Positions 36,735 through 39,978 of a stretch of DNA of 39,978 bases are shown here, piece after piece. Source of the DNA: an uncultured Planctomycetaceae bacterium (GTDB taxonomy: Bacteria > Planctomycetota > Phycisphaerae > SM23-33); assembly GCA_964605095.1 (NCBI GenBank), contig CAZSBS010000005.1, positions 1 to 39,978 of the forward strand, read 5' to 3'. The notes beneath the pieces were generated by a model, which did not search any database, was not told the DNA's origin, and was given only the letters and a program-made list of their open reading frames with translations. A program made the translations under genes and the position numbers. The first letter of the stretch is position 1. Each line of letters opens with the position of its first letter.

Positions 36735-37832
36735 ATGAGTAATAAATCTGGCTTCATGCGAACACTGGGGTTTCTCGTGCTGGTCTCGGCGATACCCGGC
36801 TGCAACGAGGTAAAGCTGGAAGTACAGCGATACCCGGTCTTCCACGACCCGGCCATCAGGACGGTGGCGGTGCTGCCTTTCGACAATCAGACGCTCCATC
36901 CGATGGCGGGGGCGTTCCTTGCCGACCGCCTGGCCGAGCAGTTGAAGGCCAATGGGACGTACAAGGTGATCTCGCCGAAGGAGCTTGAGAACCGCATGTC
37001 GGCCGGCAAGATCACCATGCCCGCCAAGGCGACTGTCGAGCAGGCGGCCGAGGCGATGAGAAAGCTCGGCGGCATCGACGCATTTATTACCGGCACGGTC
37101 CGCCAGTTCGGCGCCGGGCGGGGCACGTACACGGAGATCTACGACGACCCGTGGGTCTACGGCGGATACGGCGGATACTACGGCGGCTCCCGGCGCCACT
37201 GGGGCCGCGGCGGATACGGCGGATACGGCGGATACGGCGGATACTACGGCGGGTATTACGGCGGGTACTACCCGGTCTACCGCCAGTACTCGTATTCCCA
37301 GGCGTACGTATCGGCCCTGGCGACGATGTGCCGCGTCTCCGATGCGGCCGTGATCTACACGACGCCGGCGCCCGCGGCGGCCCGGCTTACCTCGGCCGGC
37401 GGAATCACCCTGCCGGTCGATGAGGTCCTGGCCGACGCCGCGGAGAGCGTCGCTCATGATATCGTCGCCACCTTCGCGATCGTGCCGCGCACACTGAAGG
37501 TCGACAAGAACGACGTCCTCCGCCCCGCCATCCGCACCGACGGGCGAGTCAAGTACACCACCAACTTCAAACCGGACGACGATGGGATATACGTCGAGGT
37601 CTCGCTGCCCGCCGAGGCCGGCAGAAACGAGTTCCGTCTGGCCATAGCACGCAAGAACCAGCCGCCAATCGCCGAGCAGAAGTTCACGTGGAACCGCACC
37701 GACTCGACGCGCGAGTTCTTCTTCGCCCTCCCCCAGATCACCGAGGCCGGCGGCGGCAAGGGCGACTACGAACTGCGGCTCTACAGCGGCGACAAGGCGG
37801 ACATCGAACGCAGAATTAAGATAAAGCAGTAG
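36735..37832 (+). CDS. Lipoprotein with CsgG/TolB-N-like alpha-beta domain and Gly/Tyr low-complexity insert
   Basis: Lipobox-like AIPGC; IRTVAVLPFDN, LGGIDAFITGTV; GGY repeats encoded by (GGCGGATAC)x4 at 37209-37244. Confidence 0.7.
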   Translation: MSNKSGFMRTLGFLVLVSAIPGCNEVKLEVQRYPVFHDPAIRTVAVLPFDNQTLHPMAGAFLADRLAEQLKANGTYKVISPKELENRMSAGKITMPAKATVEQAAEAMRKLGGIDAFITGTVRQFGAGRGTYTEIYDDPWVYGGYGGYYGGSRRHWGRGGYGGYGGYGGYYGGYYGGYYPVYRQYSYSQAYVSALATMCRVSDAAVIYTTPAPAAARLTSAGGITLPVDEVLADAAESVAHDIVATFAIVPRTLKVDKNDVLRPAIRTDGRVKYTTNFKPDDDGIYVEVSLPAEAGRNEFRLAIARKNQPPIAEQKFTWNRTDSTREFFFALPQITEAGGGKGDYELRLYSGDKADIERRIKIKQ

Positions 37833-37895
37833 CCGGGGAAAGGAAAACGGCGGAACCGGGTATTGGGAACCCGGAACAGCAAGCCAGGAACCGAG
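37827..37895 (+). repeat. Partial copy of the heptamer-flanked element overlapping the lipoprotein stop codon
   Basis: CAGTAGCCGGGGAAAGGAAAACGGCGGAACC followed by GGAACC-type units; compare 20103-20132 and the reverse complement of 8957-8982. Confidence 0.7.
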
Positions 37896-38127
37896 ACTGT
37901 CCGATAATTTGGCGTGGTCGGGTGCCGTGGTTCGCGGAGTCCCGGCGCGCCGGGACGACGCAACCACGTCTTTCGGGTCGGCACGTGGCTGCCTCACGCC
38001 ACAGGCGTCATCTTGTCCGGTTGACAAACCCACCGCCGGGGAGTCTACTGCCCCCGTTGCCCGGCTGTCGCGCTGCGTGATCGCACGGCTGCCGCCAAGA
38101 GGCCCACGTTAATCCAAGGAGCGAGCC

Positions 38128-38889
38128 ATAAGCATCGCCGAGACCAACTCTTCGTCCCCCGCCGCCAAGCCCGCCTGCCCGCGCTGCCACCTGGCCATCG
38201 AAGCCGGCGCCGAGTTCTGCCGCCACTGCGGCGCACGCCTGGGCGCCCACAAGCCCGTGCCAGGCTGGCACCTGCACAGGCGAATCTACGACTGGACCCT
38301 TGGCTGGGCCTATCGCCCCTCCGCCGCTATCGCCCTGTTCTGCCTGAGCTTCGCGGAAAGCAGCTTCTTCCCCGTCCCCCCCGACGTGCTCCTCATGCCG
38401 CTTGTCCTGGGCAACCGCAAACGCTGGCTGCGCTACGCGACGATCTGCTCGCTCGCCAGCATTCTGGGAGCGGTCTTCGGATTCTGCATCGGCTGGCTGC
38501 TGTGGGAGGGCGGCGTAGACAAGCTCTTCTACAACTATGTCCCGGGCTTCACCCCGGCCGTGTTCGACCGCGTCAGCGCCCTGTACGAGACATGGAACTT
38601 CTGGATAGTCTTCACCGCCGGCTTCACGCCAATCCCGTTCAAGGTCATCACGATCACCGCCGGCGTGTTCGGCACCGGCGAAAAAGTCGCAAGCCCGGGC
38701 CTGTTCTTCATCGTCTTCATAGTCGCCGCCATCGTCAGCCGCTCGGCGAGGTTCTTCCTCGTTGCCGGGCTGATGCGAATATTCGGCCCGAAGATCACCC
38801 CGTTTATCGAGAAATACTTCAACTGGCTGGCGCTGCTGTTCACCATCCTGCTGATCGGCGGGTTCGTGGTGATAAAGTACGTGGCGTGA
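38128..38889 (+). CDS. YqaA/DedA (VTT) membrane protein with N-terminal zinc ribbon; probable non-canonical ATA start
   Basis: SFAESSFFPVPPDVLL, AGFTPIPFKVITITAG, SRSARFFLV. In-frame upstream CPRC-x9-FCRHCG. AAGGAG ends 6 nt before ATA 38128; in-frame TAA at 38110. Confidence 0.8.
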   Translation: MSIAETNSSSPAAKPACPRCHLAIEAGAEFCRHCGARLGAHKPVPGWHLHRRIYDWTLGWAYRPSAAIALFCLSFAESSFFPVPPDVLLMPLVLGNRKRWLRYATICSLASILGAVFGFCIGWLLWEGGVDKLFYNYVPGFTPAVFDRVSALYETWNFWIVFTAGFTPIPFKVITITAGVFGTGEKVASPGLFFIVFIVAAIVSRSARFFLVAGLMRIFGPKITPFIEKYFNWLALLFTILLIGGFVVIKYVA

Positions 38890-38907
38890 ACGGGCACAGC
38901 CGCATCA

Positions 38908-39000
38908 GTCCCGAAGGGACGCCATCGCATAGCCGGGCGGTGACCGAAGGGAACCCCCGGATCCAGGCTCCATAAACAAAAGAGCTCCGTAGGGGCGACA
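38908..39000. repeat. REP-like hairpin cluster between convergent dedA and mnmE
   Basis: GTCCC-GAA-GGGAC, CCGGG...CCCGG, GCTCC-GTA-GGGGC. Confidence 0.55.
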
Positions 39001-39021
39001 GCGAGCCCGCTAAGTTGGCGC

Positions 39022-39978
39022 TTATTTCCCCACGCAGAACCTCGCAAAGATCCGGCCAAGGATTTCCTCGCTAACGTAACCGGTTGCATCGGGGCTTACC
39101 TGGCCAAGCTCGGCCAGGGCCGCGCGGAGCTCGACGGCGACAAGCTCAGCCGCGTCGGCTATCTCGGCCGCGCCGGCCAGCAGGTCGGCCGCTCGATCGG
39201 CCCCGGCCGCGGCGGCGAGGATGCATCGCTTCTGCCTGGCGTGCAGGCCCAACTGCTCACCCGACCGCCACACCGACGAGCCAAGCAACTCCCCCAGCCG
39301 CCGCCGAAGTTCATCAAGCCCCTGGCCCGTCACGGCGGAGGTTAAGAGCACGCCCGAAGCAGTCCCGCCGGCTGGCCCGGCTGCGCCGTGGCAAGCAATC
39401 CCCAAATCCGCAATCCCCAATCCGCAATCCGCAATCGAAAGGTCCGCCTTGTTGGCCAGGACGATCATGGGCGCGTTTGGGGTGGCTTGGCGTAGGCGGT
39501 CGAGGAGGTCCGCATCCTCGGGCGTGGGGCCCTCGGCGGCGTCCAGGACAAAGCACACGACATCGGCTCGCCGCACGGCCGCATGGGCGGCATTGTCGGC
39601 GGCGGCGGCCAGGCTGTCACGGTCGCCCAGCGAGTCACCCGGGCGTGCGAAGCCGGCGGCATCCTGCAATATCGCGGCCTCACCCGAAGGCAGCGACAGC
39701 GGCGCGGCCAGCACGTCGCGTGTCGTGCCGGCCAGGGCGGAGACTATCGCCCTGTCCTGGCCGGTAAGTGCGTTGAGCAGCGAGCTTTTACCCACGTTGG
39801 GCCTGCCCGCCAGGACAACGCATGGCTGATGGGCAGTCTCGGGCATCTCGCCGGCGGTCTGGGCCGCGGCCCGGAGCCCTCGCGCCTCGCCTGCCAGGGC
39901 GGCGGAAAGCTCGCGGGCGTCGGCGAGGTGGATGTCCTCATCGGCCAGGTCGATGGACGCCTCGACGGTCGCCATTGC
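39022..39978 (-). CDS. mnmE: tRNA modification GTPase MnmE (5' part lies outside the window)
   Basis: VEASIDL, GRPNVGKSSLLNAL, AIVSALAGTTRD, DAAG, NKAD, SAVTGQG, ILGRIFARFCVGK C-terminus. Confidence 0.95.
   Translation of the reverse strand, partial: AMATVEASIDLADEDIHLADARELSAALAGEARGLRAAAQTAGEMPETAHQPCVVLAGRPNVGKSSLLNALTGQDRAIVSALAGTTRDVLAAPLSLPSGEAAILQDAAGFARPGDSLGDRDSLAAAADNAAHAAVRRADVVCFVLDAAEGPTPEDADLLDRLRQATPNAPMIVLANKADLSIADCGLGIADLGIACHGAAGPAGGTASGVLLTSAVTGQGLDELRRRLGELLGSSVWRSGEQLGLHARQKRCILAAAAGADRAADLLAGAAEIADAAELVAVELRAALAELGQVSPDATGYVSEEILGRIFARFCVGK

Noticed and set aside
39648-39665. MnmE G3 reading DAAG instead of DTAG as a sign of inactivation
   Set aside because: The DxxG consensus is intact, and all other G motifs and the FCxGK end are conserved.

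Overview
High-GC chromosomal window, most likely from an anaerobic planctomycete (Phycisphaerae-like). This is inferred from a TIGR04138/Minf_1886-type gene, a PEP-CTERM/dockerin-like surface protein, several Tat-exported Gfo/Idh/MocA and TIM-barrel sugar enzymes, rnfC and a URO-D-like methyltransferase. About 30 CDS. Housekeeping genes: rsmH, ribD, metG, rnfC, xylA and a partial mnmE. Glycan-use genes: GH29, a SASA esterase, a beta-helix protein and ThuA. The best candidate for a new system is a single gene with its own promoter encoding HD-phosphohydrolase + nSTAND1 NTPase + HEAT repeats (1388-4942), an NLR/Avs-like defence architecture, next to an AAA-DUF4143 gene. The second major signal is non-coding: a 3'-UTR-oriented element with an identical 67-bp hairpin core and independently expanded heptamer arrays (8.8 kb and 20.2 kb, partial copies at 18.6 and 37.8 kb). 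Related heptamers sit in frame inside mnmE. Also seen: a 121-bp MITE, a collapsed MttB pseudogene, a zinc-ribbon-DedA fusion that seems to need an ATA start, and an orphan rseC-rnfC pair. No rRNA, tRNA, CRISPR array or transposase was recognised. All family calls come from reading motifs by eye; no searches were run.
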